Made by a program: the position numbers and the translations under genes. Shown in pieces: positions 1 through 13,839 of a stretch of 64,000 nucleotides of DNA. The notes under the pieces were generated by a model. The model saw only the letters and a program-made list of their open reading frames with translations. It was not told the origin of the DNA and searched no databases. This DNA comes from Eledone cirrhosa (Eukaryota). Location: NCBI GenBank assembly GCA_964016885.1, contig OZ024758.1, positions 10,602,001 through 10,666,000 of the forward strand. Reading direction: 5' to 3'. Each line of letters starts with the position of its first letter. Position 1 is the first letter of the stretch.

Positions 1-462
1 GAGAGATGTGCAGACAATAAAACACCTTAATAAAAATCTACCATCCCTTTCACAAACACTCCAAACATTCTTTAATATCGTAGTATTATATAAGGTGATG
101 TTGGTGATGATAGACGAGTAAACAACTCTTTTATGTAGAATGGTGGTATAGCTCACCAGTAAACAACAGTTTTGTTGGCTAATTCTCATTCAGTCACATG
201 TAATAGTGCTATTGACTAAGTTAAGAGAGACTCGGTTGGGACACGAAAGTCATTCGTTCGGAAATGAAGACGTAGAAAATAGGAAATTGATTTTAAATGA
301 ACAGGACTTAATGTCTATACGATTCTTCCTTTTTTGGATCTTTTCCTTTTGACACACATTGTCTGATTTTATTATATATTTCCAGACAGATTTAGGTTTG
401 AATTCTGATTACAAAATAATTTCATTTTTAAGAAATTAATAATAAAAACGGTTATAATCATA

Positions 463-711
463 TAATTGTTTCTACTTTTGGAACAAGGCCAGCAATTACC
501 CAGTACATTACTGGTACTTTATTTTTGGGGGGGAGGAGAAAGTCGATTAAATCGACCCTAGTGCGTGACTGGTACTTTATTTCATCGACCCCGTAAGGAT
601 GAAAGGTAAAGTTAACCTCGACGGGATTTGAACTCAGATCATAAAGGGCCGTAACTCTATGCTGTAAAGTATGGAGTCCGACCCTCTACCGATACTGCCA
701 ATACACCACCC
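463..711 (-). mobile_element. tRNA-derived SINE family 1, composite (old-type tail plus young-type 3' piece)
   Basis: Reverse complement gives A-box tggcagtatcggtag, B-box gagttcaaatccc, core ctttcatccttacggggtcgat and tail gtagaaacaatta; aatcatataa occurs at both ends (TSD-like). Confidence 0.85.
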
Positions 712-869
712 TGGTCAGAATCATATAAAGATGTAATTTTAATTTAACTGTCAGTTCATCAGTTAAATCCATCGTCACCTCATAATAAAATAGTTGTAAT
801 CCCTTAAAGAAAGGCCAGGGGTCTTAACAACTCTTGCCTATTGTCTTTGTGGGAGATTTGATATTCCCA

Positions 870-1020
870 TACATACAAGGTCAACAAATTTGAGGGGAGA
901 GGAAAGTTGATTAAATCTCCCCCAGGGAATTACTGGTACTTTATTTTATCGACTTAGGAAGGAAGAAAGGCAAAGTTAACCTCGGCGGGATTTGAACTCA
1001 GAACATAAAGAGTCGGAATC
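870..1020 (-). mobile_element. SINE family 1, older diverged partial copy
   Basis: ggcaaagttaacctcggcgggatttgaactcaga and actggtactttattttatcgac match the family. Confidence 0.75.
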
Positions 1021-1077
1021 AAATATTATATTTTGTCTGTCGCCATAAGGATCATGTCAAACCACCACCCTAGAACA

Positions 1078-1470
1078 ATGATGATGATTATGGTGGCCAT
1101 GGTAGGGTTGGTGGTGGTAGTGATGGGGTTTGTAGTGGTGGCGGTAGTAGTGGTGGTGGTAGTGTTGGGGATGGTAGTGGTGGTGGTAGTAGTGGTGGTG
1201 ATAGTGATGGTAGTGTTGGTGTGGTAGTGGTGGTGGTAGTGTTGGTGTAGTAGTGGGGATGGTAGTGTTGGTGGTGATGGTGGTGGTGGTAGTGTTGGTA
1301 TGGTAGTGGGGGTGGTAGTGTTGGTGGTGGTGGTGGTTGTAGTGTTGGTGCTGGTGGTAGTGTTGGTGTGATAGTGGTGTTGGTAGTGTTGGTGTAGTAG
1401 TGTTGGTGGTAGTGGTGGTGTGGTAGTGGGGGTGGTAGCGTTGGTAGTGGTGGTGGTGGTGGTAGTGGTG
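1078..1470. repeat. Cryptic (GGT/AGT/GAT)n trinucleotide low-complexity tract
   Basis: Imperfect gtg/gta triplets; source of the poly-Thr/poly-Val ORFs. Confidence 0.9.
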
Positions 1471-1599
1471 GATCTATATATTTTTAACAATTCTAATATG
1501 ACTTCTTATAATCAATTTAAAATGTCAAAACTATAAAAGAAATATGAAAGATTTGTGCCACCAATTCCAGTATTGTTATAAAAATATAAGCAACGTCTA

Positions 1600-1656
<57 letters not shown>

Positions 1657-1806
1657 TTGTCTGTCTGTTTGTTGGTTGGTGTTTTAACATTGAATTGATT
1701 AAATTTGGATGACTGATGACTAGAGTGAAAATATAATGTAGGCAGGTGTTTCTATTATTGAGATATGTTAGGTTACAAGTAGCTAGTGTTTGTGTGGAGT
1801 AGAATA

Positions 1807-1856
<50 letters not shown>

Positions 1857-1864
1857 AGAGATAG

Positions 1865-1895
<31 letters not shown>

Positions 1896-2201
1896 TAGAG
1901 GAATAGAGAGAGAATGAGGGCGGGAGGTGAGACAGAGGGGGTGACTGGGCATAAATAACTACCAATAACTGGAATTTGTGTGTGTGGGCTTTCATTTCTT
2001 TCTGTGTTAACTGTCTAAATATGTATGTAGTGTGTATGTTAGTTTTGTCTTCCGTGTGTGTATGTGCGAGAGCGAGAGAGAGAGAGAGTGAGAGAGAGAG
2101 AGAGTGAGAGAGAGAGAGAGAGAGAGAGTATGTTTATGTGTGTGTATATGTTGTTGTTGTTGTTTTGTTGTTAAATGTATGAATGTGTGTGTGTATATCT
2201 T

Positions 2202-2279
<78 letters not shown>

Positions 2280-2778
2280 TCCTGTTTTCATGAGGTGGTT
2301 CGGTGGTGTTAAAGTAACGGAGGTAAGAACTGAAAAGAACGAGGTGGGAAAGTTCTGAGGGAAAACATTAATTCTTATTCATAGCGTAGAGAAAATTTGG
2401 GGCGGAGCCACTGCGCTCTACCGAGTCAAATAGGGAGAGATGGCTGGTAAAGTAATTGACAGAGCCGAAATATCCAGAGAGTCGGTTCCCAGCCGGATGT
2501 CTCCAAAGAGTTCCGTACAATGATTAGTTCAGTATCAACTATAAAAGGTCTGGTTGGATGCATTCCAACTTTCAAATGATTTTGAATTCTACTCTCCATG
2601 AATTTACACCATTGGATCATTGTCTTGGATCTTGGATTGCTCAGGGTACTTCGATATTTGATTATATATATATATATATATATAAAGGAACGATCGACTT
2701 TCGTCAAATCGGATCGAGGGAACAATGTTTCCGTTGGTCTTTCCAATTGCTAATACTATCTATCGGTCGCAACTCCAG

Positions 2779-2900
2779 GTAGCAGGAGCAACGTGAAATA
2801 AAGTGTCTTGCTCAAGGACATAACGCATCGCCTGGTCCAGGAATCGAACTCACAACCTTACGATTGCGAATCCAATTCTCTAACCACTCAGCCACACGCC
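2779..2900 (-). mobile_element. tRNA-derived SINE family 2 (CORE-like body)
   Basis: Minus strand reads tggctgagtggttag (A box), gagttcgattcc (B box), then gtccttgagcaagacactttatttcacgttgctc. Confidence 0.75.
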
Positions 2901-2924
2901 ACACTATTTATAAAACAAATTTTC

Positions 2925-2986
2925 TATTTTATCTGATGAGCGCGTACCAAAGTTTTTGGTACCCTTGAAATATATATAATAAAATA
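2925..2986 (+). ncRNA. Minimal type I hammerhead ribozyme, family A, in a PLE-like pLTR remnant running to the (AT)n at ~3118
   Basis: Stem I tattttat/ataaaata; CTGATGA; stem II gtaccaa/ttggtac; GAAA; palindromic stem III a-tatata-t; UA cleavage site. Confidence 0.75.
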
Positions 2987-3115
2987 AATATGGTTTTATA
3001 AATATAGATTCCATTTATTAATATCATTGATATTATACTCCAGGTAACTTGTTGAGTGCTTCGAATCTGTTATAAATAAATTTGTTGAATTACCAACAAA
3101 TTAAATATCTCTTTG

Positions 3116-3186
<71 letters not shown>

Positions 3187-3406
3187 CGTTTCAGAATTTG
3201 TTTAGCAAGATTCTTTATCTGAAATCGTGTGTTGAAACCGATATTGTTATACTTTGGGAGGGTCATGTTGCCAATAAGAAACACACGCACCAGTTGCTTT
3301 CACTTCAGTTTATTATATATTTATAAATTTATAAATTTACAAATCTACAAATCTATAAATTTCTGGTTGGTTGGTTGGTTCCACAACCAGATAGTTGTTT
3401 ATATAT

Positions 3407-3451
3407 AGTCATAGTCCTTTCGTCACACACTCTGTGACCTCTTCAGTGACT
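3407..3451 (-). ncRNA. Mirror copy of the family C hammerhead on the opposite strand
   Basis: Exact reverse complement of 3567-3611. Confidence 0.75.
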
Positions 3452-3566
3452 GGGGATTCCTTTCTTTGTTTCTGTGCCTTTCCTTTCTTCTGTCCTACGC
3501 CATTTTTCTGAAAAATGGCGTAGGACAGAATAAAGGAAAGGCACAGAAACAAAGAAAGGAATCCCC

Positions 3567-3611
3567 AGTCACTGAAGAGGTCACAGAGTGTGTGACGAAA
3601 GGACTATGACT
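3567..3611 (+). ncRNA. Minimal type I hammerhead ribozyme, family C
   Basis: agtca-CTGAAGA-g-gtcaca(gagtg)tgtgac-GAAA-ggac-TA-tgact: stem I agtca/tgact, stem II gtcaca/tgtgac. Confidence 0.75.
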
Positions 3612-3803
3612 ATATATAAACAACTATCTGGTTGTGGAACCAACCAACCAACCAGAAATTTATAGATTTGTAGATTTGTAAATTTATAAATTTATAAATA
3701 TATAATAAACTGAAGTGAAAGCATCTGGTGCATGTGTTTCTTATTGGCAACATGACCCTCCCAAAGTATAACAATATATATAACAATATATATATATATA
3801 TAT

Positions 3804-3844
<41 letters not shown>

Positions 3845-3881
3845 GAGATGAGTGTATGTGTGTCTATATACACATACACAC

Positions 3882-3933
<52 letters not shown>

Positions 3934-4036
3934 CCAGGGATAGATATATAGACAAATATATACAATCATACCTATACATCTCTTCATATACCTTTCTCTT
4001 CGACTATCTATCCATAAATGACCTCTGACTATAAAG

Positions 4037-4390
4037 CAGCGGTTCCCAACCTTTTATAATAAATTCCACCGTAATCATATAGCAAAACAGTATGACCCCC
4101 CTCCCCCCCCCCTCCAAAAAAAATTTAAAATTTTTGATATTATTTTTTTATCCAGAAATAATTTTGGCATGTCTTTTTATTTGTGAAGTAAAATTATAAT
4201 TAGAAAAGGTAGAAAGTTGATAAAAAGTTGAATATAAAAATTTGAAGCAAGAAAAAGAAAAAATTATGTTAGGAAACTACTCTTCTTTTTTATGTATAAA
4301 ACGTTGTGATTTTTAGTTAATTCCCGTGGCTCCCACAATAACTTGCTATGGCCCACCAGTGGGCCATGGCCCCCTGGTTGGGAACCAATG
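4037..4390. mobile_element. hAT (Charlie-like) MITE
   Basis: TIRs cagcggttcccaacc / ggttgggaaccaatg; 8-bp TSD ctataaag / ttataaag. Confidence 0.8.
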
Positions 4391-4539
4391 TTATAAAGGA
4401 ATATATGGCAGGGATCTAAGCCTATCGCTTGATGAGTCAACTGATTAACAGAGAAAAACAGTCACAGCAATAAGACTACTATATTCCACTCAGTATTCAT
4501 GAATAAACGAATACTAACATGTCAATATAGATAAAACTT

Positions 4540-4591
<52 letters not shown>

Positions 4592-5112
4592 CAAGTAGGC
4601 ATTCCTCTATACTCATGCGGTAATTCCTAAATAAGCAGAACATGTCAATAACAGACATATGCAATAAGATGAGGTTGTACGTAGCTCCTTACTTTGAAGA
4701 TGACGTTTTTACGTCTATTTACCATAAACTGTACTGTCTTCCTCTGAACACCCAAACACCCAGTCCAATGGCGTTTCCTTGATCACATTCAATGCAAAGA
4801 AAATTAAATTGTGCGGCTAATTTTACACATGACTGAACAACGATTCTCTTTTACAGGATGTTCACTGAAGCGTATATCTAGTTTTCTATTTTTCGAACTC
4901 TTTATTTCATTGATATATAAAAGCAGAAGAATGTAGAAGGAGGCGAGAAATAGGAAGACAGGAAAGGAGAAAGTGGAAAGTTGATTTTTCGGTGTCAATA
5001 CAATAGAGTGAAGAAGCAATTAACTTATAGATCTGTGTTTATATGTTTATATTATTGAAATTCCAATCACTCACAGCCACCGATCGATGAACGACGTAAT
5101 AAAACACGGAAT

Positions 5113-5325
5113 CACCATCATCGCTACCACCACCACCAACACCACCAACACCACCAGCATCACAGTACTAGAAACAACACCACTACCATCACTATTACCG
5201 CCATTAGCACCAGTATTAGAAACATCATCGGCACCACCATCACCACTACCACCACCATCAGCACCAGTACTAGAAACATCACCATCACCACCATCACCAT
5301 CACCACCATCACCACCACCACCACC
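5113..5325. repeat. Imperfect (CAC/CAT)n tract with three cagtaytagaaaca subunits
   Basis: Read directly from the sequence. Confidence 0.85.
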
Positions 5326-5439
5326 AATAAACTGCCATCAACACACATTTATATACATGCAGTTCACCCCTCGAAAAAAGACTTGTCGAATGCAAGTTTC
5401 AACCGCTAGGTGTCGCAGTCGGGTTATTCCCTTCCTCTA

Positions 5440-5752
5440 TCTATCTAATGTGGCAAAAATGGCCCGAGTGAATGGGCCTTCTCTGTATATAAACCTGTAG
5501 GTTGAGGAAGATAAACAGAGGAAGACAGGAACACCTACAAAACGTGTTCCTGGTGTTGAGGGTTGTTCTATCCACGGGGTGTAAAACAACCCTGCAGTAA
5601 CGTTCCCCCCTACTGTGGATTTCAATTGTTATTTTATTATATATAGTTTATTGTTATTTATTAATGTTAAAGTTATTTTTATGTAAAACCTCCGCCGTCG
5701 CGTCTTGTAATGTCGCATTTTTGTACACCCCTGTGGCAAATAAAGAAAAATA
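5440..5752 (+). mobile_element. Possible L1/Tx1-like LINE 3' end (ORF2 terminus plus 3' UTR)
   Basis: Peptide end NVAKMARVNGPSL*, then a UTR ending tgtggcaaataaagaaaaa next to a microsatellite; family assigned from recollection only. Confidence 0.35.
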
Positions 5753-5788
5753 TCTGTCTACCTCTCTCTATCTCTTTCTATATATACG

Positions 5789-5880
<92 letters not shown>

Positions 5881-6338
5881 ATTATATATATATATATATA
5901 TATATAATTATATATATTTACTGACTGACACACACACACACTCACATACATACATACATACATACACACATATATATATATATGTATATATTATATATTA
6001 TATGTGTATGTATAATGTGGACAGGACAAGAAAAGACGGTCGTCTGTATGTTTGTTGAATTACGACCAGGTTTCTCTTCGCCGGATGACCAAGAACAAAC
6101 AGTAGAGTATAATATTCCAGGAACAGACGTGACCTTTGTATTTCTATATTACATTAGAGCAAATGAAATGTCGATCTTAACTAAACGACACACAAGATAA
6201 TGGCGTAGAATAACAAATATGAACTGTGTCTCTATACCGAGTGATTAAACGTTGGTCGTGTCTTTCGACTTTCTCTTAGAATGGCGCGGCAGAAGGCATA
6301 ATGTTGGTGGCAATGTCTACCATATATAAACACACACA

Positions 6339-6453
<115 letters not shown>

Positions 6454-6492
6454 GTACACACACTCACCCACACACAAAAACATTTTACATAC

Positions 6493-6558
<66 letters not shown>

Positions 6559-6564
6559 TAAAAT

Positions 6565-6631
6565 AACAGATTAATTAAAGTTTAAGCAAAGAATCGTTGC
6601 TTTCACTCTTAACGGGATTTTAGTCTTCAAA
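6565..6631 (-). mobile_element. Short AT-embedded repeat fragment homologous to 43533-43671 (decayed HHR-like)
   Basis: Reverse complement tttgaagactaaaatcccgttaagagtgaaagcaacgattctttgcttaaacttta matches the 43.5-43.7 kb copy. Confidence 0.65.
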
Positions 6632-6662
6632 TTTATTATTATTACTATATATATATATATAT

Positions 6663-6706
<44 letters not shown>

Positions 6707-6714
6707 ACACACAC

Positions 6715-6754
<40 letters not shown>

Positions 6755-6755
6755 G

Positions 6756-7014
6756 TCAGGTGACCAGTTGGTGCTACTGGTAACATGTATCCCAGTACAA
6801 CCTGTCTCATGGTCGGGTCGTTGGCGACTAAACTGGCAACCCCACCAAGGTTTCTTGGTGAGGAGGGTGACTTTGGACATCCTGCAGGACTAAAAACAAA
6901 ACCTGTCAAAGGGCAAAGGAGCTCTTAAGAGTCAATGGCCATCCCAAATCACCGGGAGAGATGACCCCTTAGGCTTTGTCAAGGCAGAATTCTAGGAGAA
7001 GGAAAACTCTGATA
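6756..7014 (+). mobile_element. Probable 5' UTR of an RTE-type element with a structured 5' end
   Basis: GC-richer island ending ctaggagaaggaaaactctgat, a motif I recall from RTE-clade 5' UTRs; several hairpins. Confidence 0.45.
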
Positions 7015-7060
7015 TAATATGGTTTTATAAATATAGTTTCCATCATTTATTAATATATTG

Positions 7061-7128
<68 letters not shown>

Positions 7129-7276
7129 TGAATATATGAGACGGATGAACACCAATACAAGTATACATGTGTTCGAATTGTAAATGACCAACTTAGCTAG
7201 GTTGAAAAATACTAATTTAAAACAATCTTGAGTTTGTAACTCAATATATGATATATAGACATACATACATACATAC

Positions 7277-7370
<94 letters not shown>

Positions 7371-7372
<2 letters not shown>

Positions 7373-7559
7373 CGAAGGAAATGTGGTAAGGAACCAGGTG
7401 GACCATAACGCACCAAAGTACTCAATACTTAGGGTAGTAGAGTGGGTAATAGGAACGAGTAAGACCCCGACGGCTGAGCTCAAGCCGTTTCGACGGCTAA
7501 TTCAGTCCAGAATTAGCCGTCGAAACGGCTTGAACTCAGCCGTCGGGGTCTTACTTGTT

Positions 7560-7563
<4 letters not shown>
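7371..7563. mobile_element. Fold-back PLE-like remnant, family B, with the 3' half of a hammerhead
   Basis: Inverted arms around ~7506; GAAA-cggct..agccg-TC-ggggt; (AT)n on both sides. Confidence 0.8.
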
Positions 7564-7633
<70 letters not shown>

Positions 7634-8247
7634 CGTTTTGCTCAATATAGGTCTGTTATTTTTCTTAAGTTTTCTTAATTTAATATTTAAATACGATACG
7701 AGAACATTTCCAGATACTACAGCTGACATTTGAGAATAGTAAACCTCAAATTCTTCGTCATAATAATCTATAATTTAACACTTCTAAATTAATACAATCA
7801 TTATATTGAAAAACAAACCCCCATTTCACAAGAATCATTCTACTGTTTATTGCGTCTAAGAAAAGAAAAGTAGTTACAAACGAAAACAAACAGAACGAAA
7901 GAAGGACTTTGTTTTATGCTCCATCATTTTCAGAAAATAACTGAAAGATGAACCGAGTTGGAGAAACCGAATTCTTATCTAAATAAAGAATTATATATTT
8001 ATACTCATATATTGATTTTATTTTGACTTGGTAAAATGAACGTGTGTTTGATATAGGGTGCAGAATCACTCAAAATAAGATATATATTTTATCGAGCCTT
8101 CTGAGATTAGTAAGCAAATACGATCTTATCAAAGATTGACCTAAATATATAAACAGTACATCAGGCATCTATATACATAAGTACATAAGACACCAGCATA
8201 TATCACACACACACACACACATACACACACACACACACACATATGTT

Positions 8248-8289
<42 letters not shown>

Positions 8290-8317
8290 TGTTTGTATAT
8301 ATATATATATATATGTT

Positions 8318-8352
<35 letters not shown>

Positions 8353-8417
8353 GTTTGTGTGTGTATATATATATATATATATGTTTGTGTGTGTATATAT
8401 ATATATATATATATGTT

Positions 8418-8548
<131 letters not shown>

Positions 8549-8855
8549 ATATATATATATACAGTTTACAACGACAAGATTCCGAGTTCAATCTCGTGCA
8601 GTTTTTAATTAAATTTAGTTGAACTAACAACAGCAGAAACGCAACAACAGCAACGAGAACAACAACAACAAATCGTTAATTAATTACGTGACTGGAATAA
8701 TTAAAAGTATTAATTGTTTGCTGTAATCGGCGAATGGGAGAATACCACAAAAATATAATTTTAAATTTAAAATTAAAAATTTTAATGAATAAATAAAACT
8801 ACACAACATAAATAACTTGTACACAAAACTGCCGGATTAACAATTACTGGGCATC

Positions 8856-9304
8856 AGCAACGGCAAGTAACGGCCAGTGATGGCCAGCAACGGCCATCAA
8901 CGGTCAGCAACGTCTAGAAACGGTCAGTAACGGTCAGCAACGGTCAGTAACTATTGTCAGTAACGGCCAGCGACAGCCAGCAACGATCAGCAACGGACAG
9001 CAACGGTCAGCAATGGTCATCAATGGTCAACAACAGCCAGTAACGGTCAGTAACGGACAGCAACGGTCAGCAATGGTCATCAATGGTCAGCAACAGCCAG
9101 TAACGGTCAGTAACGGCCAGCAACGGCCAGCAACGGTCAGTAACGGTCAGCAACGGCCAGCAACGACCAGCAACGGTCAGTAACGGCCAGCAACGGTCAG
9201 CAACGGTCAGTAACGGTCAGCAACGATCAGCAACGGCCAGCAACGGCCACCAACGGTCAGTAACGGTCAACAACGGCCAGCAACGGCCAGCAACGGTCAG
9301 TAAC
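8856..9304. repeat. 10-bp minisatellite (yaacggycag)n, roughly 45 units
   Basis: caacggtcag / caacggccag / taacggtcag units in register. Confidence 0.95.
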
Positions 9305-9333
9305 TAAATTTACAAGAATGAGTAAAACTAAAA

Positions 9334-9477
9334 TAATTGTTTCTACTTTTGGCACAAGGCCATCAAATACCCAGTACATTACTGGTACTTTATTTTATCG
9401 ACCCCGTAAGGATGAAAGGCAAAGTTAACCTCGACGGGATTTGAACTCAGACCGTAAAGGGACGTAACTATGCTGGA
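9334..9477 (-). mobile_element. SINE family 1, 5'-truncated
   Basis: Matches the family body and tail. Confidence 0.85.
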
Positions 9478-9729
9478 CTAAAATAATAACTGTCATAATA
9501 ATATGCTAAATAATTAGTTGAGGTGTTGATGAAGAAAATATATTAGATTATTTAATTAAACAACTCTTGCAACAAATTAATCAGACGGCGTCAACAAAGT
9601 GTCTTATTCTCTATATTTACATTTGAAATATTTTGAAAATATATTTACAATTTTTATGTTTTCGTGAATGTGTGTGTGTGTGTGTGTCTGTGTTTGAGGG
9701 AGAGGAGACAGAGTGAAAGGATGTGAGTT

Positions 9730-9814
<85 letters not shown>

Positions 9815-12237
9815 AGGAAAGAAAGAAAGGATAGATATTATGTCTTTTATTTCCAAAAGATTTCTTACTTTCGGAGTCGACCTTGTTGCTCTGTCAATGA
9901 ATAATAGCTCATAAACCAGGTGATGTTTCTGATCTCCAGAATGAAGCCATTATTGACGGCTTCAACAAACGACGACAACTACAACCACAACAGCAGCAAC
10001 AACAACTACAGTAACTGGCTGTAGGCTTTGTCTAGGGGACAACGCTTGTCATGTTAGATATGCTAATTATAAGTTAAAAGACGTCAAACATAGGATATGA
10101 GCAATTTAAGATGAGGTGAGTAATGTAGAAATGACCTTGGTGGGATTTGAACTCAAAATGTAAAGAGTCAAGCACATATCGTATTGACATTTTACTAGAA
10201 AGATCTATCAAACTTGCCAATCCATCCACTACCTTAAAACAAGGTATAACTGAAACAAGGTGTCGCGGCTGACCGTTGATCTTATTTGTACTCAGAACAT
10301 TTACAAGGAGAGAAAGTAATATTTAGTTAGAAGCATTTCTATATTTATGACTAATCTTTGCTGTTTCCTTTTTTCAATTTAGAAATGTCAAGTTTCTTTG
10401 ACTTTGAACACATTTTCAATTATTCTTGCCGGACAGCTGCCGAATTCTTCTCAGCTTATTGATTGTACAGAACAAGTCTTTGACAGTTATGAATACAATC
10501 TTGTATTAACCAGCATGCGTTCTTTCTATTCTTCTTTTGTGTCTTCTTTCATTTATATCCAAACACATATACACACATACAAAGACAAACACGCATACAC
10601 ATATACTTTCAAAGACAAGGACACATATAATATTCCACAAAAATACAAACACACACACACATATATATATATAATCACATAATTTCATATATTCATAACA
10701 TCCCACCTAAAGATAGACACACTCACGCATCTAAACTATAATGAAGTAAGAAGCGCGGGACTGCGTACGGTTTGTATTTTTTTTATCCCATAAGTAAAAT
10801 AAGTTGGATTATTTTGAATAAATAATGAATGAACATTACATAATTTATCTACTAAATTTCGTGGTTGTTCATTAAATATATTTTATTATTTAAAGATTCA
10901 CTTCTTTAAAATTTTCAAAAGTCAACACTTCCGGTTAGCGATCGTTTAAATAAATATTCATATATATCTGTCACTAATTTTCTCCTAATGCAGTTTATAT
11001 ATAATATCGTCTTTTTTTTAATGTATCATGGATTACGTTACTGATTACATAAGACAGTTTAACACAGTCTTCGTTCAATTTCTGTGTATATTGTCAATTT
11101 CGATTTTATTTGATGTATCATATCTACATGTATATATACTTGCGTATAATATCAATATACACACTACACATGCTAGCAGAAAACCATGTATGAAGATATG
11201 AAGATGTAGGCATGTTGGCTTTGGAATAACTTTATAAATAAGAGGTTCCTCTGTCAAATAACAAAACTGCAAGTGACTCCTTGCTATCGTCTGCTTTGAA
11301 AACTATTCAAATACTACAGATTATAGATTGTTTTACTCCCCGAATTATTTCTCTCCATTTCTTCCTTTTATCTATTTTATATGTTTTAAAATAGGTTTTT
11401 GTTTTTACCAATAGAAGTTCTTTTCATTAGCAATAGCCCCAATATGGTGAGGAGATATACATACATGTTAACATGTGGATTGATATATAAGCAGAGAGGG
11501 AGGAAAGTAAAATGAAAATAAAACGAAACGAATAAACGAAACGAAACGAAAGAAAAAGAGAAAGAAACGATAATAAAATAAATACTTGGGATGTTTCCCG
11601 ATGTGGAGCTAATATGGAATCACTGTGTACAGCTATGTCAATGAGAAAGAACAAGCAATGTCTTCTAATAATTTATTAATCATATTTAGTTGTTGACTTG
11701 GAATGGAAGCTTTAAAGAGCAGCTGTTTGCCAACGAAATATCATTCAAGAGAACCAGTTATGATGACGACGACAACGACATCGATGACGACGGCGAAGAT
11801 GATGATAATGATGATGACAATAATAATAATAATAATAATAATAAGGAAACAGTAACAACAATGACAACAACAGCAGCAATTTTGTATTTTTGAAGGATTA
11901 ATTATGAATGAATTCTTCAAGAAAGAATTTGCTGAATTCATACTTAAAATTGTGAATAAAAATAACATAAATAAATAAATATATAAGAAATAAATAGACC
12001 TTAATTGCTAAAATGATAATCAATAATTGCTTAAAATAGAATAATAATATTTTAAAAATAATTCATTTCATTAAAATTTTCTTTTCTTTTTCAACAACAT
12101 TCAAAAAAGTTCTTTCAAAGTTTCTCTCCTGAATAAATCGTAGGCTTGGAAGACGAATTCATTGAAATAGCTTCCAGTGTCAAGTTTTTGTTTTATATCT
12201 CAGAAATAAAACTGGGATCGTTGTTAGAACTCATACA

Positions 12238-12284
<47 letters not shown>

Positions 12285-12325
12285 AAAGATACACACACAC
12301 ACATACATACACACATACACGCATG

Positions 12326-12399
<74 letters not shown>

Positions 12400-12413
12400 C
12401 ACACACACATACA

Positions 12414-12837
12414 TTGCTGTAGAACTGTGCTGCTGTACGGGTTTGAGACTTGGACACTGACCAAGAAACTCACTCAGATGGTGGATGGGTGCTACACGAG
12501 AATGCTGAGGATGGCTCTGAACATTAATCAGTATACACTGAGGATGAAACACTCAGAGCTGTATGGGAGCCTCCCAAAAGTCAGCTCAAAAGTGACACAG
12601 AGGAGACTGAGGTTAGCTGGACATGCTCACCGACATACAGAGTTGACATTGCACTCAGTGCTCCCGTGGGAGCCCCTACATGGACACACTGGAAGAGGTA
12701 GACCAAGGTTAAGATATGTTGATGCCCTAAGGATAAAAACTGGTCTGTTGGAGACGCAGGATATGGCAGCGATAATGAGGGACAGAGACCGCTGGAGAGA
12801 ACTCGTCCATGGATCTCGGGAATTTTATCCGCCCTAG
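12414..12837 (+). mobile_element. RTE-clade LINE, 5'-truncated 3' fragment (RT C-terminal region)
   Basis: LLYGFETW..DGCYTRMLRMALNI..RRLRLAGH..RGRPRLRYVD is typical of RTE/RTE-X C-termini; further copies at 17.8, 28.2 and 55.1 kb. Confidence 0.85.
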
Positions 12838-12849
12838 AAACACATACAT

Positions 12850-12974
<125 letters not shown>

Positions 12975-13129
12975 TACATATAAAACAATTTTTATGTTTT
13001 AGATTTATAATTTAGTTAAAGACTACTTCATTACAAGTTCTATTGAAATTCAAATTTGAAAACATACTTTTGAAATATTCAACTTGAAATTATTGTGTAC
13101 TTATATAACATACACATCTTCACACACTC

Positions 13130-13640
13130 ATACAAACACACAGAGATATAAACACGTATAAACACAGATACAGACATACACACACACACACACACAAACA
13201 CACAGAGATATAAACACGTATAAACACACATACAGACACACACACACACACAAACACACAGAGATATAACACGTATAAACACACATACAGACATACACAC
13301 AAACACACAGAGATATAAACACGTATAAACACACATACAGACATACACACACAAACACACAGAGATATAAACACGTATAAACACACATACAGACATACAC
13401 ACACACACAAACACACAGAGATATAAACACGTATAAACACACATACAGACATACACACACACACAAACACACAGAGATATAAACACGTATAAACACACAT
13501 ACAGACATACACACACACACAAACACACAGAGATATAAAAACGTATAAACACACATACAGAGATATAAACACGTATAAATACACATACAGAGATATAAAC
13601 ACGTATAAACACACATACAGACACACACACAAACACATAC
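13130..13640. repeat. Compound minisatellite, ~45-52 bp unit (aaacacacagagatataaacacgtataaacacacatacagacat(ac)n)
   Basis: About 11 recurrences of gagatataaacacgtataaa. Confidence 0.9.
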
Positions 13641-13763
13641 AAAATGTTCTCTTTTCTGTATTCATACTCACACATATGAGTCTTTCCCTCCATAGTTCTC
13701 CCCCCCCTCTCTCTCTCTCACACACACTCTTTCTCTCTCTCTCTGTATACACACACATACACA

Positions 13764-13839
<76 letters not shown>

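Larger units (their letters stand above)
3184..3777. mobile_element. Fold-back PLE-like pLTR (family C), ~268-bp inverted arms centred at 3509, inserted in (AT)n
   Basis: 3241-3508 is the near-perfect reverse complement of 3510-3777; the left arm has an extra ~55-bp tail; each arm holds an HHR. Confidence 0.85.

Noticed and set aside
1026-1490. Mucin-like Thr/Pro/His ORF (also 5087-5500)
   Set aside because: Trinucleotide low-complexity tract with no splice or domain support.
1705-1745. ctgatga..gaaa hammerhead-like match
   Set aside because: No convincing stems I and II.
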